A stretch of DNA of 64,000 bases from an uncultured virus (IMG/VR IMGVR_UViG_3300002835_000125) (IMGVR_UViG_3300002835_000125); one strand, 5' to 3'. Shown: positions 20,031 through 28,490, numbered from the stretch's first letter. Notes: generated from the letters alone by a model not told the origin. Program-made: numbers and translations.

Positions 20031-22226
20031 ATGGAAAATTTTTCATTCCACGTTCCCTTCTACGTTGTAAACGGAGGAATTGCTACAAGCGGTCATTCTG
20101 CTGATTTAACTCCCGGTAAAGTGGGACTATTTGATAGGCAAACATTTAGTGTTGCTACATCAAGTGGTAATGGTAAGGAGTTTTTTCTTGCTCAAGGTAG
20201 AATTGGTGGACTTGATTGGTATGGTAACAAAGTAAAAGAGAGTCACAAATCTCCATTCTTCATGGGTAAGGATGTAGTAGATATGTATAAAGTGACCCCT
20301 AAGAGAATCCAAAATGAAGAGTGGGTTCTTGGATATAATGGTGCTGCTTCTTCTAAAGGATTGGTTTATGAAAAAGATAAACCTGTAAGATTCAAGTTTG
20401 AATTTAATGGAGAACCTGCTTATAGATTCTTTGGAGGTCCTAAAACTTATGTAGTTTCACACACACCTGATAAAGATTGTTCGACTCTTTGTGATGGAGG
20501 TTGTGATGATTTAACATCTGACCCTAAAGCAGAAACTATGAAATTGATTGATAAAATCAATAATCATACAGAACTTAGTAAATTTGGAGTTACAGCAAAA
20601 CTTAAAGCAAGTGATTATATTGCTGCTACTGCTAACATGGAAAAGTTCAGATTGAACGTATGTGATGCTGGTGATAGTGTAGCTCTTCAACAAGTACAAT
20701 CTCAATATCCTGCACTTAATGTAGTAAGAGTTGCAAGAACAGGAAATACATCAACTTATGAAGTGTGTGTAGTTTCTACTGAAGGAGATGATACTCCTGC
20801 TGCATTCACTCAAAGTGCTTCTGTAAGCATGGCAGTATGTGGAAGTTGTAGTTCATTAACAGGTTCAGTTGATGCTCCTGCTCAAGATTGGTATCTTATT
20901 GAAAGACCATTAGCTGGTACTGAAAGTTTGATAGATGATAATGCTAAACTTGCATATGCTCAAACTGTAGCTGCTACTTATTTTGGTAAGAGTTTTAATT
21001 CAACTAATGATATTAATGCTACTACTGAAACTATTACTAAAACCGCACATGGGTTTTCTATAGGTCAAGCTGTTGTATTTTCAGGAACTGCTCCTACAGG
21101 ATTAACTAATGGTATTACATACTATATAATTACTGCTGGATTTACTGTTAATGCATTTAGAGTAGCTTTAACAAGAGAGGGGTCTGCTGTAAATTTAACT
21201 GCTGCTGTTGGTACAGGTGTTGTAACTCCTGCTCCTGTACAATTCTTAGCTAATACTGGTGCAACTGCTCTTATTAAAGTACCTGTTCCTTATGGTACAA
21301 CTGTTACTGCATTGCTTTCTGACGTAGTTACATTCTCTCATACTCAAGAAGCTATGTGTGAATTTACTGCTCCAAGTTCAATTGCTTGGGTTGCTGCTGG
21401 TACTGGTATAAGGTCTACAAGAACTATGAAAATTAGTGGTATAGTAAGACCCGATTGTAATGCAAATGGAGATAGAATTGCTGATATTACAGATATAGTT
21501 TCTGGTGTTAAAGGTGTATATGGCACTCCTATAAAAATTGCTGGTACAGCTTGTGCTGATGATTATACTGTTACTCAATATAGTGATGACTGCTTGGAAG
21601 AAGGATGCCTTACATCTAATGTAACATTCACTTATGCTGAACTTCCTGCTTTTGAAGGTAGAAGTTGGGAACTTGTTCCTGCAAGTAATGTTGCTGGAGA
21701 AGGAGCTAAATACGGTATAGTTGTTACTGCTGGATATTTGGATATTCAATTTGGTAACTGTAGCTTTGACCCAACTGATTACTATGAAGTAATGCCTGTT
21801 AAAATGGAAATTAGTTTGCTTACAGAAGATGGTACTGCTTGTGATTTTAGCACATTACCAACTATCACTCAAACTAGGTATGGTCAAATTTCAAGAGCTT
21901 CCGGTGAATATGTTATTAGAGAAGCAACTTCTAAACTTGATGCTTATCAAAAAGATACTGACCAATTCAGCCTTAATCCAAGGATGAGAGAAGCTTTCGA
22001 CATGAACATTTTACAACAAGTTGAAAGAAGTGCATTCTACAATCTGTATTATGTTACTTACTACGCTTCATATGGTAAAACAAATAGAAAGGGTGAACAA
22101 GAGAAATTTACAACAATCTTTGCTGTAAAAGAAACTGACCCAATTGCTGCTACTTTAGAATCTCAAATTTTGAGCGTTCTTACAGCTAAATCTGCTGATA
22201 AAGTAACATTAAGAGTAATTGATTAA
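20031..22226 (+). CDS. abundant structural protein (auxiliary capsid/decoration-like) with inserted beta domain
   Basis: 731 aa, biased codon usage, followed by strong terminator; TKTAHGFSIGQAV...GITYYII insert. Confidence 0.65.
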   Translation: MENFSFHVPFYVVNGGIATSGHSADLTPGKVGLFDRQTFSVATSSGNGKEFFLAQGRIGGLDWYGNKVKESHKSPFFMGKDVVDMYKVTPKRIQNEEWVLGYNGAASSKGLVYEKDKPVRFKFEFNGEPAYRFFGGPKTYVVSHTPDKDCSTLCDGGCDDLTSDPKAETMKLIDKINNHTELSKFGVTAKLKASDYIAATANMEKFRLNVCDAGDSVALQQVQSQYPALNVVRVARTGNTSTYEVCVVSTEGDDTPAAFTQSASVSMAVCGSCSSLTGSVDAPAQDWYLIERPLAGTESLIDDNAKLAYAQTVAATYFGKSFNSTNDINATTETITKTAHGFSIGQAVVFSGTAPTGLTNGITYYIITAGFTVNAFRVALTREGSAVNLTAAVGTGVVTPAPVQFLANTGATALIKVPVPYGTTVTALLSDVVTFSHTQEAMCEFTAPSSIAWVAAGTGIRSTRTMKISGIVRPDCNANGDRIADITDIVSGVKGVYGTPIKIAGTACADDYTVTQYSDDCLEEGCLTSNVTFTYAELPAFEGRSWELVPASNVAGEGAKYGIVVTAGYLDIQFGNCSFDPTDYYEVMPVKMEISLLTEDGTACDFSTLPTITQTRYGQISRASGEYVIREATSKLDAYQKDTDQFSLNPRMREAFDMNILQQVERSAFYNLYYVTYYASYGKTNRKGEQEKFTTIFAVKETDPIAATLESQILSVLTAKSADKVTLRVID

Positions 22227-22243
22227 TAACCCTTAATAATAAT

Positions 22244-22280
22244 AAAAGGTGGTAGGCAGTAAAAGTCTGCCACCTTTTTT
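22244..22280 (+). terminator. intrinsic terminator
   Basis: AAAAGGTGGTAGGC / GTCTGCCACCTTTT stem plus T tract. Confidence 0.9.
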
Positions 22281-22323
22281 CATAATAACTTTTTTAGTAT
22301 AAATAAATAGAATATATTATACT

Positions 22324-22848
22324 GTGAATCCAGAATATGTTATAGAAATTACAAAAGACTTTAATCCTAAGATTATAGAGATTAAGGATTTTTCTATTTA
22401 TCCAAGTGAACCTGAAAATCTTTTATTGGAAATTTTATCACCAACTAAGAACAAATGGGTAACTTATAATATAGTAAAGAATAAAGGTTTTATAGCAAAT
22501 TCTGTAAATCTTAAACTTAGTTCTACATTACAAAATCTTCCTGATGGTGTATATGAGATAAAGATTTCTCAAAAGCCAAATTTTGCTACTCATAATCTAT
22601 TTTATTACTTTCATACTAAAACTCTTGAAAGTACTTATTATAAGAATCTTAATGAATTATATTCAGAAAGGTGTGAAATAACAAAAAGAGAATTTGAAGA
22701 GAATAGATATAAACTCCTTATGATAGATATGGATATTGCAGCTATAAAATATATGACTGAAATAAATCATGATAAGGATAAGGCTAAAGAAATTTATGAA
22801 AAAGTAAAAGAAGATTTGAAAAGTTATGAAAAATCCTGTGGATGTTAA
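22324..22848 (+). CDS. putative structural (tail hub-like) protein
   Basis: GTG start; LPDGVYEI motif; C-terminal SCGC. Confidence 0.6.
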   Translation: MNPEYVIEITKDFNPKIIEIKDFSIYPSEPENLLLEILSPTKNKWVTYNIVKNKGFIANSVNLKLSSTLQNLPDGVYEIKISQKPNFATHNLFYYFHTKTLESTYYKNLNELYSERCEITKREFEENRYKLLMIDMDIAAIKYMTEINHDKDKAKEIYEKVKEDLKSYEKSCGC

Positions 22849-22996
22849 ATCAAAATATGCTGAATGGTTCTATCTAAATGCCTTAGAAAATTTATATTTT
22901 GTTAAGACAGGAATAGATAAGAAGGATTTAACAAAAAGAATTGATGATTTTTTAAAATTTAAGCTTAATAAATATAATGATTCCTGTACAACTTGA
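22838..22996 (+). CDS. small hypothetical protein (52 aa, GTG start; not in track)
   Basis: Open frame filling the gap, overlapping both neighbours. Confidence 0.45.
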   Translation: MDVKSKYAEWFYLNALENLYFVKTGIDKKDLTKRIDDFLKFKLNKYNDSCTT

Positions 22997-24236
22997 AGAT
23001 AATCCAAACTGCATACACACTCCTGCATCATGTGTAGAGTGGACATATGGTTCTATTCCTTACTTAGGAATATGCAATGGAGATATGTTACCTAAAATAA
23101 TTTGGGAGATTGTAAATAAATTACAAGAAATTGCTGGAGCAGATTTATCTTCATTCGATATAGATACACTTTTAGATATTTGTAACCAAAAAGCTCCATT
23201 AGAAAAGAATCTAACGTCTATATTAGAATTACTAAAAAATAATCAAGTTTGTTTAAAGAATTATATAGATACTTTAAATGAAACTCTTCAAGAATTATCG
23301 CAAGCTCAATCTATTAATGTAAATTTAAAATGTTTAGCTGATTTTGATAACTTTGGTAACCAATTAAGTGTAACAAGAGAAACTTTAGACCAATTAGTAA
23401 TTGATAAACTTTGTAATCATGAAACAAGGATTACAACAGTGGAAGGAAAGGTTACTTCTTTACAGAGTCAGATTAATGATATATCAGTTAATCCTATTGT
23501 TTCAGAACCTGAATTTGCTACATGTGTAGATGCTACTGTAAAACCTACATCTGGACAAGTTGTATCTATTGCTACAGAAGTTTGTGACATAAGAACAAAA
23601 CTTGGTCCAAATACAACAACTTCTAATCTAACTACTGGAAGTTTTGGAAATAAAGGAAGTTATTGGAATACTTCATTGTTAAATGCTGCATTTGGAGCAA
23701 CTTCTGGATGGATACCATCTCCTTTGAATGAAGTGGAGTATCAAAGAAACATGTATATAATTCTTGCTAACTTTCAAACAAGGATTAATGAAATAGAAAC
23801 AAATTGTTGTGCTCCTACATGTGATAAGATTATGATTGGATTTAGTGTAGTGGTAGAAGATGCTGAAACTGGAGATTATGTAGTTAGGTTTAGACCTTCT
23901 GATGGAACAAGTCTATTTGGTTTTGTAAGCACAGGTTCTCAAATAACATTTACAGGTACTCTTTTAATTGGTGGTATTACGGCTACGGCAGGACCATTCC
24001 CTATAGATATAAATGAAACAGATTGGGATGATAATGTTTATAATCTTTCTTCTTTCGATTTAAGTAAACCTATAACTGTTAATCTTACACCTATTATGAT
24101 TAAGAATGGTTTAACATGTCAAAAATGTATTTCTCAAGTAATTAGTTTAAATATGGGTTGTGCAGTATGTGAATTAACAGCAAGTGGTGATAAAGGTGAT
24201 GCTGGAACAATAACAATAACTTATCAATACGAATAA
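22977..24236 (+). CDS. Cys-rich structural / fibre-like protein
   Basis: CVEW..G.IPYLGICNGD N-terminus, coiled coils, beta-rich C-terminus. Confidence 0.65.
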   Translation: MIPVQLEDNPNCIHTPASCVEWTYGSIPYLGICNGDMLPKIIWEIVNKLQEIAGADLSSFDIDTLLDICNQKAPLEKNLTSILELLKNNQVCLKNYIDTLNETLQELSQAQSINVNLKCLADFDNFGNQLSVTRETLDQLVIDKLCNHETRITTVEGKVTSLQSQINDISVNPIVSEPEFATCVDATVKPTSGQVVSIATEVCDIRTKLGPNTTTSNLTTGSFGNKGSYWNTSLLNAAFGATSGWIPSPLNEVEYQRNMYIILANFQTRINEIETNCCAPTCDKIMIGFSVVVEDAETGDYVVRFRPSDGTSLFGFVSTGSQITFTGTLLIGGITATAGPFPIDINETDWDDNVYNLSSFDLSKPITVNLTPIMIKNGLTCQKCISQVISLNMGCAVCELTASGDKGDAGTITITYQYE

Positions 24237-24237
24237 T

Positions 24238-24738
24238 ATGCCAATAGCAACAATAACACTTAATGCAGGTGAAACATTTTGGGTTCCAAAAACAGCAACA
24301 TTACTTTCTGTAGATGCTACAGATGGACTTGTTTTACAAGGAAGTGATTGCATTAGCACTACTGTTCCTGCAAGGATATGTATGACTTTCACATGGATAA
24401 CTGATGAAGATGATAATACTGAACATCCTTGGGATAATGGTACTTTACTGAAAAGTATTAATAATGGAACTACTACATATCTATTTACTGCTGCAACATC
24501 TGCTAAGTCTGGAACATTAGGAAGTCTACAAACAGCATTCCCATATCAATCTTTAATAGAGTTTGTAGATTATGATGAACAAGCTCACGAAACTAAAAGA
24601 ATTGGACATGTATTAAAAGTGAGTGTTCCAGCATCTTTCATAGAATTGTATTTAGAATTTACAGTTCCTCATACAAGTAGTACAACAACATCATTATTTG
24701 CAAAAGGAGTTATAGTAGATTGTGAACCAATCGTTTAA
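24238..24738 (+). CDS. putative structural protein
   Basis: Thr-rich beta protein in the structural operon. Confidence 0.6.
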   Translation: MPIATITLNAGETFWVPKTATLLSVDATDGLVLQGSDCISTTVPARICMTFTWITDEDDNTEHPWDNGTLLKSINNGTTTYLFTAATSAKSGTLGSLQTAFPYQSLIEFVDYDEQAHETKRIGHVLKVSVPASFIELYLEFTVPHTSSTTTSLFAKGVIVDCEPIV

Positions 24739-24756
24739 AAATTAAAATAAAAAATT

Positions 24757-25902
24757 ATGGCTTGTAGTCCTTATAATCCTTGTCACACACCAACTTGTGA
24801 CACATGTAATACAGTAAATCCTTGTTATGACAATTGTGGTTGTTTAAATCCAACTACATTTGATTGTATAACAAATTTCAAAAAAGCATATAACAATATC
24901 CCTTTAGAAATAAATGCTACAGGGCAAGATATGCTTGATAATCTTGATGAAACAGTAGCTGAAATAGAAAGTAATCTATATAAAGTAAAGGTGGATGATA
25001 GTGATACTTGTCCTGATACACTCTTAGATAAGATTACAGCAGGTAGCAATATTACAGTATCTGTAGCAGGAAGTGGATGTAATAGAAAACTTACTATAAC
25101 AGCAGGGAATGGTATAACAACTGCTCCTGATATATATGCTAAAGTTTCATCTAATGACACTACATCTGATTATCTTGGTAATAAATTTGTAGATGGTACA
25201 TATGTTAAGAAATCTGTAAATAGTCCCGGTGGAAATGAAACAATTGATTTTGACATTACAATAGCTGATTTAATCTCTACTGATAGTGGAAACCAATTAG
25301 GACAAGGAGTAGATGGTAAATTAAAAACTTTGTTCTCTGCACCTGATGGTTCTGAAACTAAAATTAACCCTGTTGCAAATTCTGGAATTACCCTAACTGG
25401 TACAGGTACTAATGGTGACCCTTATCTTATAGGAACTAATGGAGCATTATTTGCTGTTCAACCATATACAGATGGTGTATGGAGAACATTAACCTTTAAC
25501 AATGGTAGCAATGCTAATGTGACACTTAATTCTCAATCTGTTAAATATCGTATGAGATACGATGGTTCTGTAGAGTTTAAAGGAAGCTTAAATTATAGTG
25601 TAACATTCAATGTAGCAAGTACTAATAAGATAGCTATAACAGCAGCTAACATCACTACAGGAGGCTCAACAAACCTTCCTTCAACAGCCTTTGATAGGGT
25701 TGCTAATCTAAGACATTATATGACGTTCAGTAGCCCTAATACAATAAGTGCTACACCAAAATTAACAGGTTATAATGTAAACATATTAGCTGCTGCTTTA
25801 AATAGTCCAGCACCAATTCAAATAGAATTTATGAATGACACTGCTGAAACTAAAAATATAGTAGTAACAATGGATGGAGCAATATATCATCCTAATATTT
25901 AA
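24757..25902 (+). CDS. putative tail fibre protein
   Basis: Cys-rich N-terminus; repeated KV...DT...L..K units; ISTDSGNQLGQGVDGKL; beta-rich head domain. Confidence 0.65.
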   Translation: MACSPYNPCHTPTCDTCNTVNPCYDNCGCLNPTTFDCITNFKKAYNNIPLEINATGQDMLDNLDETVAEIESNLYKVKVDDSDTCPDTLLDKITAGSNITVSVAGSGCNRKLTITAGNGITTAPDIYAKVSSNDTTSDYLGNKFVDGTYVKKSVNSPGGNETIDFDITIADLISTDSGNQLGQGVDGKLKTLFSAPDGSETKINPVANSGITLTGTGTNGDPYLIGTNGALFAVQPYTDGVWRTLTFNNGSNANVTLNSQSVKYRMRYDGSVEFKGSLNYSVTFNVASTNKIAITAANITTGGSTNLPSTAFDRVANLRHYMTFSSPNTISATPKLTGYNVNILAAALNSPAPIQIEFMNDTAETKNIVVTMDGAIYHPNI

Positions 25903-25953
25903 GAATTTAGAAAGAACGTAGCTTTTTTTGGTTTTTGCTGCATATGTTTTTCG

Positions 25954-25975
25954 GAGCCGTTCTCGGCTCTTTTTT
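25954..25975 (+). terminator. intrinsic terminator
   Basis: GAGCCG-TTCT-CGGCTC plus T6. Confidence 0.85.
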
Positions 25976-26010
25976 CTTTTTATTAACATTTTAAATTGTA
26001 ATTTTGTATT

Positions 26011-26265
26011 ATGATAATAACAGATAACATATTCTATTTAGATAATGGAGTAGAAAGACAAATAAATGTATTTAACGAAAGTGACCCACACTATAGATGT
26101 TTTGAATCAGATGGACAGAAACAAATAATCTTTGGAAGAAGTTCATTTGTAAAAACTGAAAATGGAGAAGTAGATTTCTTCTCTTTAAGCAAAGAAGAAA
26201 AAGATAAATTCTGTAATAACACTAATTTTATAAAAACTTATAAAAAATATGATATACATAGGTAA
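26011..26265 (+). CDS. hypothetical protein (probably leaderless)
   Basis: TAATTTTG at 25999-26006, then 4 nt, then ATG. Confidence 0.7.
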   Translation: MIITDNIFYLDNGVERQINVFNESDPHYRCFESDGQKQIIFGRSSFVKTENGEVDFFSLSKEEKDKFCNNTNFIKTYKKYDIHR

Positions 26266-26312
26266 AGAATTAAGATGTTGGAAACACGTTAACAATGAAT
26301 TAACACAACATA

Positions 26313-26344
26313 TTTGATTATATAAAATTATTACACTATATTAC
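26313..26344 (+). promoter_or_regulatory. promoter of tRNA operon 1
   Basis: TTTG-N20-TATATTAC. Confidence 0.65.
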
Positions 26345-26353
26345 AATATAATT

Positions 26354-26434
26354 ATGAAATACGTAGTAACACATACAACATGTCCACAGTGGTTTACACC
26401 GACAATATCGGGAGGGGCTTTGTATGTATACTAA
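26354..26434 (+). CDS. attenuator leader peptide 1 (MKYVVTHTTCPQWFTPTISGGALYVY)
   Basis: Between promoter and terminator; codons 6-17 encode only T,H,C,P,Q,W,F, the downstream tRNA set. Confidence 0.85.
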   Translation: MKYVVTHTTCPQWFTPTISGGALYVY

Positions 26435-26456
26435 GAAATAGCTGTGTAGTAACATC

Positions 26457-26484
26457 AACCCTCTGAGAAATCGGAGGGTTTTTT
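26457..26484 (+). terminator. attenuator terminator 1
   Basis: AACCCTCTGA-GAAA-TCGGAGGGTT-TTTT; 5' arm can pair alternatively with 26408-26426. Confidence 0.88.
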
Positions 26485-26488
26485 ATTT

Positions 26489-26582
26489 CTAGTTGTGGAC
26501 GAGAGGTTTATGTCATTAGTCTTGGAAACTAATATCTGCACACAGATGGTGTGGGTCAAGGGTTCGACTCCCTTCAACTAGA
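26489..26582 (+). tRNA. tRNA-Pro(TGG), long variable region
   Basis: CTAGTTG/CAACTAG acceptor; TTAGT-CTTGGAA-ACTAA; T arm AAGGG-TTCGACT-CCCTT. Confidence 0.85.
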
Positions 26583-26592
26583 CTTTTAATTT

Positions 26593-26665
26593 GCCTTACG
26601 AAGCTTTTATGGATGAAGTGTACTCTTGTAAAGTACGGAACTGGACTCGATTTCCAGCTAAGGCT
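26593..26665 (+). tRNA. tRNA-Thr(TGT)
   Basis: GCCTTA/TAAGGC; GTACT-CTTGTAA-AGTAC; T arm CTGGA/TCCAG. Confidence 0.85.
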
Positions 26666-26671
26666 CAAATT

Positions 26672-26744
26672 GGAGAAGAAGCTAACTTGGTAGAAGCGTT
26701 AGACTGAAAATCTAAAGGAGTTGGTCCGAAACCAACCTTCTCCG
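26672..26744 (+). tRNA. tRNA-Phe(GAA)
   Basis: GGAGAAG/CTTCTCC; TTAGA-CTGAAAA-TCTAA. Confidence 0.92.
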
Positions 26745-26746
26745 CT

Positions 26747-26821
26747 AAATACTTAATGAAACAATAAAGGAACAAAGGGGTCCGGGTAGAAATACGTTAG
26801 CGCCCATTGATTTAAGTATTT
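26747..26821 (+). ncRNA. unknown structured RNA in tRNA operon 1
   Basis: 10 bp closing stem AAATACTTAA/TTAAGTATTT; inner CAAT/ATTG, GGG/CCC, GTA-GAAA-TAC. Confidence 0.5.
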
Positions 26822-26826
26822 TTTAT

Positions 26827-26898
26827 TCCTATGTGGTGTAATGTAACATCCACGCCTTTGAAGCGTTGAGATTGGTGGTTCAAGTCCATCTATAGGAA
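26827..26898 (+). tRNA. tRNA-Gln(TTG)
   Basis: TCCTATG/TATAGGA; ACGC-CTTTGAA-GCGT; GGTGG-TTCAAGT-CCATC. Confidence 0.88.
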
Positions 26899-26900
26899 CT

Positions 26901-26975
26901 GTCTAAGTGTTCTGACTGGATTCAGATGAATGACTGTGAATTATTCAAAAAGGGTTCGAATCCCACTTAGACCCA
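26901..26975 (+). tRNA. tRNA-His(GTG)
   Basis: GTCTAAG/CTTAGAC; AATGA-CTGTGAA-TTATT; GGG-TTCGAAT-CCC. Confidence 0.85.
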
Positions 26976-26979
26976 ATAT

Positions 26980-27052
26980 ATAGGTACTCATGGCTGGCGT
27001 GATAAACAATCTCCAAAATTGTGATTTGTTGAATCGTTCTCAACTACCTATG
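26980..27052 (+). tRNA. tRNA-Trp(CCA)
   Basis: ATAGGTA/TACCTAT; ACAAT-CTCCAAA-ATTGT; divergent T loop ATCGTTC. Confidence 0.8.
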
Positions 27053-27108
27053 CTTTATAGGTCTATATACCTATATTTATAGATTATAGGTTTTAAAGGC
27101 TATAATTT

Positions 27109-27184
27109 GTCCAGATACCTAATATTGATTTTGGGATAGGTCTGCAACACCTATTAAATATCGGTTTGATTCCGATTCTGGACT
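27109..27184 (+). tRNA. tRNA-Cys(GCA)
   Basis: GTCCAGA/TCTGGAC, U73; TAGGT-CTGCAAC-ACCTA. Confidence 0.85.
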
Positions 27185-27222
27185 CTATTAAAAATAAATT
27201 TTTTTATTTGAAAAAGATTTCG

Positions 27223-27230
27223 TATATTTG
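27223..27230 (+). promoter_or_regulatory. -7 element of tRNA operon 2 promoter
   Basis: TATATTTG, canonical TAnnTTTG. Confidence 0.7.
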
Positions 27231-27255
27231 CTGTATAAATAATAAACATTCAACA

Positions 27256-27336
27256 ATGCAACTTATAAATATGATAGTGGATAACGGTATTGGAGCAAAC
27301 GAGAAGTTTGGCTTCAGGTATTCTATTGTCGTATAA
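27256..27336 (+). CDS. attenuator leader peptide 2 (MQLINMIVDNGIGANEKFGFRYSIVV)
   Basis: Codons 4-17 encode only I,N,M,V,D,G,A,E,K, the downstream tRNA set. Confidence 0.85.
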   Translation: MQLINMIVDNGIGANEKFGFRYSIVV

Positions 27337-27357
27337 TTACTTACTAACCCGATAAAG

Positions 27358-27388
27358 AATCCTGAGGCCCATCGCTTCGGGATTTTTT
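27358..27388 (+). terminator. attenuator terminator 2
   Basis: AATCCTGAGGC-CCATC-GCTTCGGGATT-TTTT; 27350-27369 can pair alternatively with 27310-27331. Confidence 0.88.
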
Positions 27389-27392
27389 GTTT

Positions 27393-27467
27393 AATCTCGT
27401 AGCAAAATGTGGCTTTGCTTCAGCCTTTTAAGCTGACTAAAAATGGGTTCGACTCCCATCGGGATTA
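27393..27467 (+). tRNA. tRNA-Lys(TTT)
   Basis: AATCTCG/CGGGATT; TCAGC-CTTTTAA-GCTGA. Confidence 0.9.
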
Positions 27468-27473
27468 CTAAAT

Positions 27474-27546
27474 GGCTCTTTAGCTCAGTGGTAGAGCTTC
27501 GTTTTTACATGACGAGAAAGCACTTGTCCGATTCAAGTAAGAGCTA
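27474..27546 (+). tRNA. tRNA-Val(TAC)
   Basis: GGCTCTT/AAGAGCT; TCGTT-TTTACAT-GACGA. Confidence 0.88.
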
Positions 27547-27547
27547 C

Positions 27548-27877
27548 ATGAAATATATATTAGGAATACTGTTCTTATTAATTATAGGAACAGCAACAAA
27601 AACAGGAATTGCAAGTTATTATCATAACAAGTTTCAAGGAAGGAAAACTGCTAGTGGTGAATTATATGATAAACATAAATTAACAGCAGCTTCTAATCAA
27701 TATAAACTTGGTGATAGTGTAAGAGTAACAAATACTAAGAATGGTAAAAGTGTAAATGTTACAGTAAATGACCGTATGGCTAATAATGGAAGACTAATTG
27801 ATTTAAGTAGAAGTGCTGCTGATAGTCTTGGTTTTATTAAGGATGGTTTAGTTGTAGTTAAAGTTAGTATATTATAA
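27548..27877 (+). CDS. rlpA: RlpA-family lytic transglycosylase (DPBB domain) with hydrophobic N-terminus
   Basis: GIASYY...GRKTASGE.YD...LTAA...VRVTN..NGKSV.V.VNDR...RLIDLSRSAA; start revised to 27548 because the track N-terminus overlaps two tRNAs. Confidence 0.92.
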   Translation: MKYILGILFLLIIGTATKTGIASYYHNKFQGRKTASGELYDKHKLTAASNQYKLGDSVRVTNTKNGKSVNVTVNDRMANNGRLIDLSRSAADSLGFIKDGLVVVKVSIL

Positions 27878-27882
27878 ATATC

Positions 27883-27956
27883 TGTTTTGTAGCTCAGTGG
27901 CCTAGAGCGTGAAGCTGTTAACTTCAGGGTCGTGGGTTCGAATCCCATCAGGACAG
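27883..27956 (+). tRNA. tRNA-Asn(GTT)
   Basis: TGTTTTG/CAGGACA; TGAAG-CTGTTAA-CTTCA. Confidence 0.93.
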
Positions 27957-27961
27957 CATAT

Positions 27962-28046
27962 TGTGGGATGGTGTAATTGGTAACACGCAAGGCTCATAAC
28001 CTTGAGACAGAAAATGCTAGCAAGGGTTCGAATCCCTTTCCCGCAA
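27962..28046 (+). tRNA. tRNA-Met(CAT), initiator-like acceptor, long variable loop
   Basis: TGTGGGA/TCCCGCA; CAAGG-CTCATAA-CCTTG; 17 nt variable region. Confidence 0.85.
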
Positions 28047-28051
28047 CACAA

Positions 28052-28124
28052 GCAGTATAGGCAGATTGGCTTATGCACCTCACTTCCAATGAGGACATGG
28101 TGGGTTCGATTCCTACATGCTGCA
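28052..28124 (+). tRNA. tRNA-Gly(TCC)
   Basis: GCAGTAT/ATGCTGC; CCTCA-CTTCCAA-TGAGG. Confidence 0.9.
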
Positions 28125-28171
28125 CAAAAATTATATTATGAAAAATTCTTTAAAAGAAGGTGAAGAGATAT

Positions 28172-28244
28172 ACTCTCATCTTCTAGTTGGTCAGGATAAC
28201 ACACTTTCAATGTGTTGACACGGGTTCAAGCCCCGTTGGGAGTG
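28172..28244 (+). tRNA. tRNA-Glu(TTC)
   Basis: ACTCTCA/TGGGAGT; ACACA-CTTTCAA-TGTGT. Confidence 0.9.
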
Positions 28245-28254
28245 CTTTAAAAAT

Positions 28255-28328
28255 GGTAGATGGGTCTGCTGGATGAAGATGTCGGTCTGTCGAACCGAAG
28301 ATGATGGGTTTGAATCCCATATCTACCG
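28255..28328 (+). tRNA. tRNA-Asp(GTC)
   Basis: GGTAGAT/ATCTACC, G73; TCGGT-CTGTCGA-ACCGA. Confidence 0.88.
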
Positions 28329-28333
28329 CATTA

Positions 28334-28408
28334 GGACTTGTAGCCAAGTTGGTAAAGGCCCTTGACTCATAATCAAGAGATGCAATGGTTCGAGACCATT
28401 CAAGTCCA
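28334..28408 (+). tRNA. tRNA with CAT anticodon, probably Ile2 (lysidine, reads AUA)
   Basis: GGACTTG/CAAGTCC; CTTGA-CTCATAA-TCAAG resembles bacterial Ile2; leader 2 has two ATA codons. Confidence 0.8.
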
Positions 28409-28413
28409 CATAT

Positions 28414-28485
28414 AGGAATATAGTAGAAGGGTTATCACAATTGACTGATACTCAATTAATATAGGTTCGAATCCTATTGTTCCTA
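28414..28485 (+). tRNA. tRNA-Ile(GAT)
   Basis: AGGAATA/TGTTCCT; ATTGA-CTGATAC-TCAAT. Confidence 0.9.
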
Positions 28486-28490
28486 CATTT

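Noticed and set aside
27443..27547. N-terminal 35 aa of track ORF 27443..27877
   Set aside because: Overlaps tRNA-Lys and tRNA-Val; the RlpA signal-like sequence starts at 27548.
28138..28218. Short ORF MKNSLKEGEEIY... as a fourth leader before tRNA-Glu
   Set aside because: No terminator or antiterminator follows and it runs into the tRNA.
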